This document shows positions 40,050 to 54,926 of a stretch of 64,000 bases of DNA, piece after piece; the stretch's first letter is position 1, and each line of letters starts with the position of its first letter. The DNA is taken from assembly GCA_964016885.1 (NCBI GenBank), contig OZ024750.1, positions 12,090,001-12,154,000 on the forward strand, read 5' to 3'. The position numbers and the translations under genes are program-made. A model generated the notes under the pieces. The model was not told where the DNA came from. It worked only from the letters and a program-made list of their open reading frames with translations, and did not search any database. Source of the DNA: Eledone cirrhosa. Lineage: Eukaryota.

Positions 40050-40710
40050 TGTGATGTCGTGTGTGTTCATGTGTGTGTGCGTGTCTGTGTGTTCATGTGT
40101 GAGTTCATGTGTGTGTGTCTGTGTGAGTTCATGTGTGTATGTCTGTGTGAGTTTATGTGTGTGTGTCTGTGTGAGTTCATGTGTATATGTCTGTGTGAGT
40201 TCATGTGTGTATGTCTGTGTGAGTTCATGTGTGTGTCTGTGTGAGTTCATGTGTGTGTGTCTGTGTGAGTTCATGTGTGTGTGTCTGTGTGAGTTTATGT
40301 GTGTATGTCTGTGTGAGTTTATGTGTGTATGTCTGTGTGAGTTCATGTGTGTGTGCGTGTCTGTGTATGAGTTCATTAGTGAATGTGTCTGTGTGAGTTC
40401 ATTAGTGTGTGTGCCTGGGTGAGTTCAATGTGTATGTGCATGTCTGTGTGAGTTTATGTGTGCGTGTCTGTGTGAGTCTGTGTGAGTTCATGTGTATGTC
40501 TGTGAGTTCATGTATGTGTGCTTGTGTGAGTTTATGTGTGTATGTGTCTTTGTGTGTCTGTGAGTTCATGTGTGTGTCTGTGTGAGTTTATGTGTGTATG
40601 TGTCTTTGTGTGTCTGTGAGTTCATGTATGTGTGTTTGTGTGAGTTTATGTGTGTATGTGTCTCTGTGAGTTCATGTGTGTGTGTGCTTGTGTGAGTTTA
40701 TGTGTGTGTA
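40050..40710. repeat. About 22-24 bp GT-rich minisatellite (gtgtgtgtctgtgtgagttcat)
   Basis: Direct inspection. Confidence 0.92.
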
Positions 40711-40924
40711 CATGTATTGCATGAACTTGTATATATGTATATACAAAAGACTAAAGACCCACATATATATAGAAGAAAGCCACAAAGGTATACAATAAAT
40801 AGGTTTCAATGATTTACACACATTCACACATAAATATTTCTTTTAATCTTTCTCTAATGACTAAACTTAACCTTCCTTCTCCCTGTTTTATTTCTTTATT
40901 AATCTATCCCACTCTCTCTCTCTG

Positions 40925-40996
<72 letters not shown>

Positions 40997-41070
40997 ACTT
41001 TCTGTCTCTGTCACTTTCTGTCTCTGTCACTTTCTGTCTCTGTCACTTTCTGTCTGTCTCTCTCTCTCTG

Positions 41071-41158
<88 letters not shown>

Positions 41159-41839
41159 ACAATCTCTCTCTCTCTCTCTACGTCTCTTTATTAGTTTTCC
41201 TTGGACCCCCCCCCCCACCACATTCGAGCACCAGATGTAATTATTAGGAAAGGTAAACGTAAAGGAAACTAAAGTAAAACCAACTAGAATAGATAGACAA
41301 TGTAGTTTATTGGTAAAAAGAAACAAAAAATTGTAATTTCTAACTTTGTAGCTCTGTTTTAAGTCTTCTTCGTTTTACCGGAACCTACGTCGTGACCGGA
41401 AACACGTATGCAGTAAATGGACGGGCTATAATTTCCCCAACTAATTACAAACAACCAAAGTTTAGTCAGTAATTCTTTTTATTGACTCTGTCACTCTTCC
41501 CCGAAGACTGAAGACTTTTGGAGTGGAATGTGAGGTCATGAAAAAACAAACAAACTAGAATTTATTGTTCGGCATTCCATAAATGGATTGTCTTTCTATT
41601 GACGTCTCAGAGATGATAAAATATTAATTTTAAACAAAATAATAATAAAGGTGATGATGGTGATGATGATGATGATGGTGATGGTGATGACGATGAGGAT
41701 AACGATAATGTTAATAATAATAATAATAATAATAAAAGTGATGATGGTGATGATAATGATGACGATGATAACAATAATGTTAATAATAATAATAATAATA
41801 AAAGTGATGATGGTGATGATGATGATGATAAAGATAATG

Positions 41840-42487
41840 CTTTCTTTATTAACCACAAGGGTTTACACAAGGTAAGACATTAAGGACAATACAGGACAAT
41901 ACAGGACAATACAGGACGGTACAAATGGGCATTTATGCGTGTAAATAAAATAAAAAAACAGAGGATGTAACAAAAAAGAAACAACGAAAAATTCCCCAAT
42001 AGGGGGGAGACTTCCGAGGGACATTTGTGGAGAAAGCCCATTAAAAAAGCCACGGTGACCCTGACCACCAGGGCAAGTGTCCTCTCCCAGTTTTCCACCT
42101 TTAATTTACAGGCACATACTCAGAGTAGGCCCAATCACTCGGACCATTCTTGCCTCTCTCACCCATCTTTCAACAAAATGCTGGGAAGAGAGCACTTCCC
42201 TCTCTACCCTGATTTTCCTTTTCGAATGAAATTTGAAAAAGTTAATCAGGGCATCACCGAAGAGGTAAGTGTTCGTCTTCAACCCTTTCAAACGCGTCCA
42301 CCATACTATCTCTTTCGCCATGGCCACCAAACAGATAAAAACTGCCTGCTCTTCCTGGCTAAAGGAAGAGGTCGGGGAAATCCTCAGCTGATAGCCGGAT
42401 CCGTCCTACATGTGACAGCAGGTGTTCGACATAAACCCAAAAGTCAGCAATGCTCGGACACTGGACAAGTGCGTGCAGGACGGTTTC
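41840..42487 (-). mobile_element. 5'-truncated Tx1/L1-clade LINE with TSD in a (GAT)n tract
   Basis: VAMAKEIVWWTRLKGL...FFKFH.KRKIRVEREVL...FVERWVREARM homologous to 34397-34801; TSD gatgatgatgataaagataatg at 41818-41839 and 42488-42509. Confidence 0.85.
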
Positions 42488-42514
42488 GATGATGATGATA
42501 AAGATAATGTTAAT

Positions 42515-42705
42515 AATTGTTTATACTTTTGGCACAAGGCCAGCAATTACTCAGTACATTACTGGTACTTTATTTTATCGACCCCGTAAGGATGAAAGGC
42601 AAAGTTAACCTCGGCAGGATTTGAACTCAGAATGGCAAGGGCCGTAACTCTATGCGTCAAAGCATGGCGTCCGACCCTCTACCGATACTGCCAATTCACC
42701 GCCCT
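42515..42705 (-). mobile_element. Full-length family-1 SINE
   Basis: Reverse complement of consensus; aatgttaataat repeated on both flanks. Confidence 0.88.
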
Positions 42706-43110
42706 TCAATGTTAATAATAATAATGATGATGATGGTGGTGGTACTACTACTACTACTACTACTAATTATTATTATTTACTTTTGAGAACAAATATTCTA
42801 CAAGCTGTCAAAAGTTGACGTATTTTTCCATTTCAAAGAAGGAAATATATAACTTCAAAGCTGCAATGGCGGAAATCAATCACAAGTAATTTATAATTTT
42901 GAATATTCTTTTGTATTTCTAAATCTCCTTTGGATAAATTCTGGGGACATTACTACTACTACTACTACTACTACTACTGCTGCTGCTGCTTCTGCCACCA
43001 CCACCACCACCAAAGACTCTTTTCGTACAAAATGGATAAGGTTCATTTTTTAATTAGAACAATTTTTACAATGTTTTACAGGGTCAATATATTTTGGCAC
43101 ATTGCATAAA

Positions 43111-43256
43111 CCAGACATGGGCAACCTTTATCGATCAGTGGGCCACATAGGATGTGGTTTATCATAAGATGGGCCGCACTACTAAAACATTCAAGCCAAT
43201 TTTGAAACTAGGTGTGCCATTCAGAAATCCAGACAAGCCGCATTTTTCCCAGGACT
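43111..43256. mobile_element. hAT (Charlie-type) MITE; second copy at 46992-47140
   Basis: Terminal cagacatgggcaacctt / caggcatgggtaacctttt, internal gggccac/gggccgc motifs, shared internal sequence. Confidence 0.6.
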
Positions 43257-43310
43257 GTTTTAAATACTTCCATATACTTTAGGAAGATCATGGCTGTGTT
43301 AAGGCAATAA

Positions 43311-43493
43311 TTGTTTCTACTTTAGGCACAAGGCCAGCAATTACCCAGTGCATTACTGGTACTTTATTTTATCGACCCCGTAAGGATGAAAGGCAAAGTC
43401 AACCTCGGCGGGATTTGAACTCAGATCGTAAAGGGACGTAACTATGCTGGAAAGGATGGCGTCCGACCCTCTACCGATACTGCCAACCCACCG
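43311..43493 (-). mobile_element. Full-length family-1 SINE with TSD
   Basis: gttaaggcaataat duplicated on both flanks. Confidence 0.9.
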
Positions 43494-45265
43494 GTTAAGG
43501 CAATAATATATCCTGGAAAGAGTTATAGTTAAATGGTAAAAGGTAGGAATATAATCTGAATGTTTTGAGTTCGATTTCAGACTTGGTAAACAAAGCAGAT
43601 TGCAAATACTGGATATCTAATTAATTTCATTGATATCTGGTAGTCTATCTGTCTGTCTGTCTCTGTTAGTCTATCTATCTGCCTGTTTGCTGGTCGGGAG
43701 TTGTTTAATCAAAAGACACCCATATATATAGTTGTTCTTATCAGGAATAAATATAGTCGTAGGCATGAGTCGTCACAACGATTACGATAAATGAAACATT
43801 TAAAACCAAATGTTATATCTACCATTTATATTTCTTAACTGCAATATCGTTAATTCTATTTTGACTTTCACTGCATGAAATTTTATAAAAATTTCCTACA
43901 CGACCTTTTGAAATGACATTTTCTGGGACTTGCGCAAATAACATTAAATAAAAAAAAAATGTAAGGAAATCTAAATTAAATGAATAATATATACTTATTC
44001 TTTTCTATTTCTTTTCAAGTAATTTATGTAATTCATCAGTAGATTCTACTGTTTAATTCTAATTTTAAATATCCGAATTCCTTTCGATACAACGCTTTTA
44101 TCTCTAAATGGAAAGTGATAAATTGTCTTCAGAATTTGAAACGAGAAATTTTAATATTAAACAGTCTAATAGACAGAAGATTTGAATATGTTGATTATAT
44201 ACGATACCAATAAATTTCCTCTGACATTTTCCAGCAGATAAACCTGTTGCCAAACTTCGTCCTAAACTTTATTTTATTTTCTACTATTCCTTAATTAATA
44301 CAGTTGATTATGACCTAGCATAAACTGGTCAGCCACCAGTAAATCTAATACTTAAATCGTAGGAAGACGTTTGACGTTTGCTTAGAAAGGATTCGACGAT
44401 AAAGAAATGAAAATAGAAAGATTTGTAAATTCAAATGCCAAAATTAAAGGAAGGTGATTTATGAAAAGTTGGTGGTATTCTGGGAAACAATAGAATAACA
44501 GGTGGCATGTGAGATATTCTTTAAGAATTGTTTATCCTGGTAAAACTCTTCCAAAACACCTGCTATACATTTTGTATTTAACGCCTATTTGCGTCATTAT
44601 TTCAAACTCGTATTTCTATTTTCGCTTTTTTATCACTTTCTTTCGTTATTATCGTCACCACCGTCCTTGAAGTTGTTTATTGAACTGCAAGAATTACATC
44701 TGAACACAGTATGTATTGTCTCCAACAAGCATATAGCTTTATCTTCAGCTGCACATTGATAAAAAGAACAGGATTAAGAGATGAAAACAATACTCTAGGG
44801 ATTAATTTAACACTTTTAATTCACCATTACTTCTGAGTTCAGTAAAGGTTATATACAATTATTTAACCACGCATATTTTGAATCTAAGAATTAATAAATA
44901 AACACATATATAAATGGTATTAAAAATATTATCATATTTTATATACTTATGGATATTACTGTATAGTTTTAAGGTGTAGGTTGTAGGTAGGAATCGTGTT
45001 TAGAAGTGACTCTGACATAAAATGAAATCAGCTTCAATAATTTCATTCGCTAAACAAAATTTTAGAATATATATACAAAATGGCTGTCTGAATACACATG
45101 CTTTTTCTCAAAAAATAATTTTTTTCGTTTCTTTCTCTTCTCACCCGTTTATTTTTCTATTTCATCTTTTACTTTTTTCCTCATTCTATTTTCTGAAGAA
45201 GGATTAGCGTCCAAAATAATAGCTTAGAAAATCAGGTAAAAAACGTTTCGTGTCTGACAGGGGCC

Positions 45266-45315
<50 letters not shown>

Positions 45316-45326
45316 TTATTTATATA

Positions 45327-45530
45327 TAATATGGAAAACGAAGAATCAGTGATGCATCAGAACACAATTTATTACGTATTACAAATGTTTCTCCAGCGAA
45401 CAGCTCGAAGTGGTGCGATCTGTTTGTGGATCGAACCTGACTCTGGATTCGCAAGTTCCTCAGGTACGTCTAGTGACTTCGAAGCAAATCCTCTTTCCGA
45501 TGCATCACTAATTCTTCGTTTTCCATATTA
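45327..45530 (-). mobile_element. (TA)n-adjacent element with 32-bp inverted arms enclosing a decayed hammerhead
   Basis: Arms taatatggaaaacgaagaatcagtgatgcatc / gatgcatcactaattcttcgttttccatatta; minus strand acgtac-CTGAGGA...GAAA-catttg-TA-atacgt. Confidence 0.55.
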
Positions 45531-45594
45531 TTATACTCTGTTCCGAAGGAGTATAGAGTGCTCAACTGGCATACCGCATCCAAGCAACCTTTCT

Positions 45595-45647
<53 letters not shown>

Positions 45648-45736
45648 AAAAGAGTCAAGACCCCGACGGTTGAGCTCCGGCCGTTTCGACAGCTAGATCC
45701 GAACTCGGCATCTGGTATCTTACCACACCTTCTTTG

Positions 45737-45798
<62 letters not shown>

Positions 45799-46663
45799 TG
45801 TGTGTGTGTTTCTGTGATATTGTAAAAATACCAACCGATACTGTATATCTCCTAGACATACTTTTTAATCAGTTGTGCTTGATTTTTAATGCTTAGGTTT
45901 ATTTTCAACTGACTTACATCCACAGCTACTAATACTTTCAGTCAACGTAAAACGGATATTGTTAGCAGGAGGTCAAAGCAAATGTGAAAGAAAGAGAAAA
46001 AAGGGGGTTGATCTCGATGTATACAGCTTTTCAGATTTAACAAGCTTTACCTTATCCATGGCGCCTGTCAAACTGACATATTCGGACACTGCTCTGATCA
46101 CTCTGTATCGTTGTGTCTAAATATAATACGGTTCAATGATTCTTTTATTGTTGAGGAATACGAAAACGTTAGCGTTGTTTCGTTGTTTCGTTATTTCATT
46201 GTTTTTTTTTTCTTCTATTTTATTTTATTTTATTTTATTTCGGTATTACTGTTGGTAGGCAGACGTTATTTAAAACTTTGCTGGTTTTCCTATATAAGGA
46301 TCTCTTTTCATGAAAGTAAAAAAAATGGTCAAAAATATAAAAAAACAAAAAGGGTGTGAATAAAGTGGGAGGTCTTTAAAATAGGGACAAACGGGAGATG
46401 AATCACGTTTGAATTAACAGTTCTGATTTAGTAAAAGATGAAATGTCAGTTTAGTAAACTCCACTTCAACACACACAGATAGATGAAGTGAATCGTGAGT
46501 ACTTAAGCTTTAACCCATAACTACTCTCACCCTGACTTCTCCATTAAAGCGTGCACATGTACACACTCACACATACACACAGATATATAAATATATATAT
46601 ATACACATACACAATCATACATACACATATATGAACATACATACACACAAATATACTTAAAAT

Positions 46664-46768
<105 letters not shown>

Positions 46769-47872
46769 CATATTTTACAGCGTCATACATGCGTAAGAAC
46801 AAACAAAACAAAACAGGTCGACAGTTTAAATATTGTGAAGTACGCACTCGAACAAAACTCTCACAAAGGCCGTGATACACTTGAATGGTTACGACAGTAG
46901 CAGATTCCTTGTCTTCATATATCAAATTATATTCACCGCCATGGTTGATGTCTCTACGTGGGTGGTGGGGGAGGATTTCTGTTGCGATAGACCAGGCATG
47001 GGTAACCTTTTTCGAGCTGAAGCTCATCATAAGACCGACTACACTACTAAAATATTCAAGGCAATTTTGAAATTTGGTGTGCCACTCAGAAAGCCAAACA
47101 CATCATACGCGGCTCATGGGCCGCAGTTTGCGCGTGACTACGATAGACTGTTGCACACTTCCGGTTACAGGTCATCCTTAATTGAAATCAGGTTCTAAGT
47201 CAAGTGTGAAGAATTCCTGGTTTTCGGTAAAATTGAACTCAGCACCGCAGGATAAACAGCCCAGTCGATAACCAGGACACCGACTTTTCTAAGAATTTAA
47301 TCAGAAGAAGGGTCTACGATCACGAACGAACTTTGCATTCTCCTTAGATGGAAAACGGTGAGTGATGTGAAAATGTCTGAATGTTGATGCTCTGAGAGAA
47401 GAATTTGAAAATTTGGTTAGAGTGGGGCCTGTTGGGGTAAAATACATTAGAAGTAATACGAGGAAAAAAGACGGGTGTGTTGGTATGGTTTAGTTGGACA
47501 GGATATGTACCCATAGGTTTTTTTTTCTAAAGGCACAAAGGCGGGAAGTTGATGGGAGCGTCAGAACATCAGACCAACAGCGTTGCAGTATCTGTTGCCT
47601 CTCCTTGAATTCTACATAAAAAAAACTCGCTGATGTCATCTCCTTTTCCTTTCATACATCATGTAGCAGTTTAGTGCGGTTGACATGTGGAATGGTTATA
47701 TCATCGAAAGAAATGCTTTGTGTTATTTGTTCGGTCTCTGAGTTCGAATCCTACTGTACCTTACTTGCCTAGAAATCTACGAGCATGCAGGTGTGGTGAG
47801 CCACATATATTCTAGCCATTAGAAAAAGTAAAAATGATTAGTCCTCCCTCTTTCGAAGGTGAAGCAAAGAAG

Positions 47873-47903
<31 letters not shown>

Positions 47904-50489
47904 TTATTTCGGTTAAACATTAATACTTTCCTTGTTGCTAACCAAGCTAACCAACATATTAGTCAACAGAAATTGACAGAGTTTAGAGAGCTGGGGACTG
48001 GATTTTTCAGGTTCTCAGCTCAAATTTGCCTCCCATTTCTCTGAAGTCAATAAAATTGGTTTTATTTGGGTAAGACACACGGCTCTGCAATTTAAAATGA
48101 AAAGAATCGATGTGATGCGAAAGCTGTTTGTAGTAGAGTGAAACGTTTTTCATCAAGGAATGTAAATCACACATCTAACTAACCAACCCCTCCCGCCGCC
48201 CCTGCCCTCAGCTTACCTCAAGATCTACAGCAATTGCAGCCTAAGTAAAGTATTATTGAAACCTCTTCTGCTTCCCATTTCTCATTCTTTCGTTCGTCCA
48301 ACTTGCGCTCATACAAACACAGGCACATAGACACATAAAACATTCACAACCATCAACATACTCAAACTGTTTTTCTGTGCCCGTTTCCATGTGTTTGTGT
48401 GTGTGTGCGTATGTGTTCAAGCGTGTGTGTGTTTTCAAGCGTGTATGTGTGTGTTTTCAAGCGTGTATATGTGTGCATGCACGATTTATGTGTATGCATA
48501 TATATTTCCAAGAATGTGAAGCTGTCTGAATTTGAAGGTGTCTTTATTATTATTTTTATTATTATTATTTTATGGGAGTGGGAAGGATGTCAAAGATGCA
48601 AATGAAGAGAACGCTTATTGAAAAGAAATTCTCACGCAATTACCTACTTTCTTTATCCTGCTCCCTAAAAGTGAAGTTGACCAAGCAACCTGACCTTTTC
48701 ATACTCCACTCTCCTTTAAACTTCCCTGACGAATTCATTTACCACCCTTTTCACGTCTATCCCATCACCTTTTAAGTAGCCCCCCCATCACTCTCTTCTC
48801 TGTTAGCAAGGGCCAAACATCAACATTACCTGTGACAGAATTACTTTTTCTTCCTTTTACTTATTTCTTTGTTTGTTTTTTTTTTGTTTTTTTTTATTTG
48901 TTTTCTATTTGATTTTCTTCACTCCAAATAATACCTGAGCATTTCTTGTTTCCTTTCTTTTTCCACAGACAAACGCAGACTTCCACCACACACATATCCA
49001 CCACACTTAAGTATTTATAATCTTATTCTCTCTCCTTCTGTCTCCCCCACCTCTCTCTCTCTCTCTCCCACCTTTCTCCCTCTATCCCCCATCTGTCTCC
49101 CTCTATCCCCCACGTTTCCCCCTCTCTCCTACTTCCACCCCTCCCCTCTCTCGTCCTCACACACACGCGCACACAAATTTGTATGTCTAAGATTATAAAT
49201 GCTTAAATGCGTGATAAGTATATGAGAAAATATACATACACACATATATATGTTTGTATATATAAGTAAATATATACATACGTGTATATATATATATATA
49301 TATATGTAAGTATACTTATATGTGTGTGTGTTTGTGTGTATTTTGCGTATTTTCAAACTTAAATATATATATTATAATCTTGTACATTCTTACATTTCTG
49401 TAAATGTGTCATAAAGAATATACAAAATTCTCTAAATTTCATCATTTAGCTGTTTCATTCCCGTGCATTTGCTGTTGACATTTTTCTTATAAATCTACTT
49501 CACAAATGTTTCACACGAAAAGATTTGTATTGAGTCCCGAATTAACAAGGTTGAATGAGTCTTTTTACGCGCTCATTCAACCTTCTAGAAATAACAGCTA
49601 GGTATACCTCAAATCATACTCTAGTATTTTATACACAGAAGGATACAATCAGGATTGGTTTTCGACCTGGGGGGGTCTCATACACAAAAAATAGAATACA
49701 CATCAAACCCCACCAATTTTACATATCATAGTTAGCTTGGCGTAATTGGAATTGAAAAGTTATACATACGGGTATTAAGTTCAAAAATTCTAACCATCCT
49801 AAAACTAAAAAAGCCCAGCCGAGGGCACAAATAAATTGCTACGGCCATCGCTGGTGGGGCCCAGGGCAATTTCCCCCCCTTTGCTCTCCCCCCCCCCCCC
49901 GATATACAAAGGGATGAGATCACTTCAAATGGAATGTTCGATCGACTAAACATAAAACAATACTATGAACTGATTCTCAGAAAGAAACATTGATTTTGTA
50001 AATATTCTTTTTCTTCATATCATTGAGGGCAAGTCCCGACGCCGCGAGAAGACAGAGGGTCAGATTGTTGAATAGTTGATATACGTAACCACAAAACAAA
50101 GATACCTTCTTTCTCAGAGATCAACTCAATCTGAGATATTTAGAAAAAAAAAAAAAAAACCCAACAAAATAACAAAACCCTACCTACATATACAAATGCC
50201 TACAAATACTCCAATCCCATCTATCTTTCTAAATCTTTATTTCTCTATAAAACATTTCCTCTTTTTTATTTTCTATTTCTTTCACATACTCAAATATGAA
50301 ATGTTGGAGACGCTTCGACTGTCATAAGAATCATTTGAATAATTGTAAATGAATTTCTTGTGAACTTTTCTCATGTCCACCCCATTGAAAACATTTATTG
50401 CTTCGGCTAAGGAATTGTAGCTATTCAATACATTCAACTATTATAATTTGGTTTAGTGTAAGAAAATATATAACTTATTGACATGGCTT

Positions 50490-50562
<73 letters not shown>

Positions 50563-50898
50563 GACGTCAATCTTATCTACACAATAATGTCTCTATTGTC
50601 GAACAATTGAAGAGGTATATGACTTTCTAGAAATAACAATCTCAAATCTTTTTGAAATGACACTTTACCGCCCTGTAAAGTATAGGAGACATGTATTGGG
50701 GATAATACTGATACATGATACCTTAAACTAAAACAACGTGAACTGGATTTGAATGTTTTTGCTGTCATTGCTCACTTGGCTTTAAACAACAACACTATAA
50801 ATTGTAATATATCGAGGTATAGATGAACACAAGGTGTGCATTTAAGAGGAAGCTAAAATATAAAATATAATATAATACCTATCTACTATAAATACTAT

Positions 50899-50936
<38 letters not shown>

Positions 50937-51181
50937 GGGGTTTGACCCAATAATGTAAGAAACTTAGGGTGGTAAACAGTAGACATATTTGGTCGTCAAG
51001 TATGAAATTTGTAGAAATTTGTTTTTCTTCTACAAATTTCTACAAATTTCATAATTGATGATCCTTTTATATATATATATATATATATTGTTATACTTTG
51101 GGAGGGTCATGTTGCCAATATAACAATATCGGTTTCAACACACGATTTCTGATAAAGAATCTTGCTAAACAAATTCAGAAA

Positions 51182-51232
<51 letters not shown>

Positions 51233-51704
51233 ACTCAATAGTATCTTGGTTGCACGGAAGAAGAAAGCTATAGCAGAGTAGAATTAAACCACAGATTTGG
51301 TTTATTAACTTAGCGGTCCGACAAAAAGAGATGAACAAAATATGTACCAGACTGTGCTCCAGCAAGGCCAATGCATAATGATTAGAGACAGTAAAAGAGA
51401 AAAATGTATGTATACACTCACACAGACACGCACATATACATACATACACATGCATAGACATATACATACATAAAAACATGCATACATATACACATACAAG
51501 ATACACACACATATACATAAATGTATATAATATGGTCATCTGGAATATAAACAATTCCCTCCACATAAGTACATCCTGCGAAAGTTAAGCAGTTGTATTG
51601 TTTGTTAGTAAATACAACACAAAACAAACATTATTAATGAATTCGTACTGAACGAGCTCCTTTCTATCAGATAATTGCTACTAAATTGATTAATCGATTA
51701 AAAT

Positions 51705-52095
51705 ATAACATCTTTACAAATTATGGCTGTCCTAGAAAGATACTATAGTCTTAAAATATAATAACGTATTTTACAAATTATGGCTGTCCTAGAAAGATAC
51801 TATAGTCTTAAAATATAATAACGTATTTTACAAATTATGGCTGTCTTAGAAAGATACTATAGTCTTAAAATATAATAACGTATTTTACAAATTATGGCTG
51901 TCTTAGAAAGATACTATAGTCTTAAAATATAATAACGTATTATACAAATTATGGCTGTCCTAGAAAGACACGATAATTTAAAAATATGATAACGTCTTTT
52001 ACAAATTATGGCCGTCCAGGAAAGATACTATAGTTTTAAAATATGACTTCTTTACAAATTATGGCTGTCCTAGAAAGATACTATAGTTTTAAATA
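51705..52095. repeat. 57-bp minisatellite, about 7 copies
   Basis: Unit acaaattatggctgtcctagaaagatactatagtcttaaaatataataacgtatttt. Confidence 0.95.
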
Positions 52096-54160
52096 TATTC
52101 AGATAATGGATTTCCTTTTCTTTGGAAAGCAACTGTAACAGTTTTTCAAAGAAAATTGCCAATCATTGTCATGATCTATTAGATACAGTAGCAGTATGAA
52201 CTGAATCCATTCTTCTCACTTAGGCTGGGTGCAGATATGTCGGAAATGTCATAACGGAATGGTGAGTTACCCTTATATTCATCGCCCATAGGCAGGACAG
52301 CAAACACAACTTCACGCCCAAAATCTCTGCGGCCTTGAAAGATTGCGCTTGTTATCTTTGCGAGAGAAGACGAGAGGGTGATAAAGAGATATATAAAGAA
52401 AGAATCGACTACAGTGATGGTCTGGTGTGTTTTTAATCGACCTCGAACGGATGAAAAAACTTCCAATACAGCACAGTAAAACAAATGGATGAAAACATGG
52501 ACATCAAAATCGAAAGAAAGAAGGAAACAAACCGCTTTAATCCAGAAAACGGAACAAAACAAAACAAAAACGAAAAAAAAAAAAAACGTTTGAAAATTGT
52601 GAGAGTTTTCTTTCTAAAGAAGTTGATAGGTTGAAGTTTATGAATGATGTTTGTGTTGAAAAACTGTAGAATTTGCTGAGATAGTGTTTATCAAATGGAT
52701 GTCTACAAACGCGCGCGAATACACACACACACACACATATATTTACACATACTCACACATTACGTTTTTTCTTCTTCTCTCTATTCATACAATGAATCTA
52801 TTCAGTGGGTCATAGTTGAAAACTGTTCTGATTTAACAAGGGACATCATGTCGTATGTCAGTTTAGACAAACTACAACAGTTAAAGGTTTTGTGATCGAG
52901 GGTTGAGGTGGGTTGAAACCGAGAAAATTGCTGTAGTTCAAGAAATACTATAAGAATCAGCAAAAATCAAGAACAACAACAACAATAACACGCTGACAGA
53001 AACTACGTATTTACAGAGCACACACACACACACACACACAAGTACAGAGAGAGAGAGAGAGAGCTTTCCATTCATATAAGTCAGGTTTAGCCATTCATAT
53101 CGTTGAAGGTGAATCGTTCACAAAAAAAAAAGTAAGCCAAGTATGTAGACACGAATAAGCCCACGTTCATATTAATAATTCATATTGATAAGAAGCCAAG
53201 CTTGTATATAGGGATCAGCCAGTCACAGAAATATGATCTTATATTCTAATACTTGTATTATTGTTGTGCTTGGAATCAGTTTCATAACCAATTAGATCGG
53301 ATGAAGCTATAAGAGATTTTCTCTTCACATATAGTATAGTAAGTAGATCTAAAGATCATTCCACTCTTCGATATACATGAGGTCAGATTTTAATCCATTA
53401 CTGAAAATTAACCAAATAATCATCACACACAGAGAGACATTGTCGTCGATGTTTAGATATTGGTTAATTCTGCTTGAACATATTCATGATCAAAGGTATT
53501 TCATCCACAAACCTCACATCTTTTTGTATATCCAAGAACTACATTATCTAACATGTCTTTCCTTTTGTAAGATGGTACAATGTAATTTGAGGAGGATATG
53601 GCTGTTATTTCTAGCAGGTTGAGTAGCCATATAGAGGTCTTCTTAACTTGTGTGCTATTGTGTTATATACACACCCGGCCACTGTTAATAGATAGATGAA
53701 GTAATTTAGTATTAACTGTGTTGGCAGAGCGTATATTGCCAACTTCGTATGTAACTTTGACAATATACAATCTGTAGATCATTCGTAGTCGGAATCGTGT
53801 TATTGAATCTATTCAGTTGGTCAGGTAATTTTGTATTTCACGTTTAAATGTGAAATAACTAGAACAAGAATTTATATACCTTAAAGTCGGAACACGTACA
53901 ATTCCTAACACTGAAACAAGTATTAGTATTCTAACTGTAATATACACATTAGTTCTCCCCGTTTATACATAAAAATAATTGTTTCTACTTTTGGCACAAG
54001 GCCAACAATTAATCCAGTGTATTACTGGTACTTTATTTTATCAGTAATACACTGGGATAATTGCTGGGCTTGTGCCAAAAGTAGAAACAATTATAAAAAT
54101 AATAAAGATTGACTCTACTTCGGTATTAAGTACTCCTTTCTCTCAGCCGTCAACGACGTA

Positions 54161-54203
<43 letters not shown>

Positions 54204-54205
54204 AT

Positions 54206-54605
54206 ACTCTCCGGCCAACAACTGATTCTTTGTTTCAAATACCACTTTGGAAGAAGAATCAGGATGGAGAGAGAGGTGCTGTACCCCAGCAAGTTTTATG
54301 AAAGGTGGGTGAAAGTGGCGAGAATGGCCCGAGTGAATGGGCCTTCTCTCTATATCAGCCTGTAGGTTGAGGAAAAGGAGGAGGAGAGGAAAGGAGTACA
54401 AGCTCTTCGTACTCCTGAAGATGAGGGTTGCACATTTTTTTCGGGGGTATGTGTTACCCATATAAACTGTCTCCCTCTATTGGGGAAAATCGACTAACTT
54501 TTAAATTCCATCTGTGATAACATTTTACACGTTTTTATTGTATGTAAACTTCCCCCTTTGTATTTGTCCCCTTCTTTTGTGCCCTCGTGGCAAATAAATA
54601 GAAAT
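54206..54605 (+). mobile_element. Tx1/L1-clade LINE 3' end in a (TATC)n tract
   Basis: LSGQQLILCFKYHFGRRIRMEREVL...ARMARVNGPSLY homologous to 34640-34801; same 3' UTR ending aataaa..gaaa. Confidence 0.85.
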
Positions 54606-54819
54606 ATATCTATCTATATATATATAATGAGAAAATGCAAAGTAGTTTCAGATGTTAAAGTCCTTTATTGGTAATGTTGTGATACATATTTCAATGACGA
54701 CACTTTAACATCTGAAATTACTTCGCATTTTTTCATTCTAAATATACTCCGTTTTTCCTATGTGGAAAAAATGCATCGAGTGTTGTTTGATTTGAATTGC
54801 ATCAATGTTTGCCGTAAGA

Positions 54820-54894
<75 letters not shown>

Positions 54895-54895
54895 C

Positions 54896-54926
<31 letters not shown>

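Noticed and set aside
41375-41430. Paired ACCGGAA ETS-like motifs as a promoter (similar at 61268-61290)
   Set aside because: No associated exon or gene found; short motifs are expected by chance
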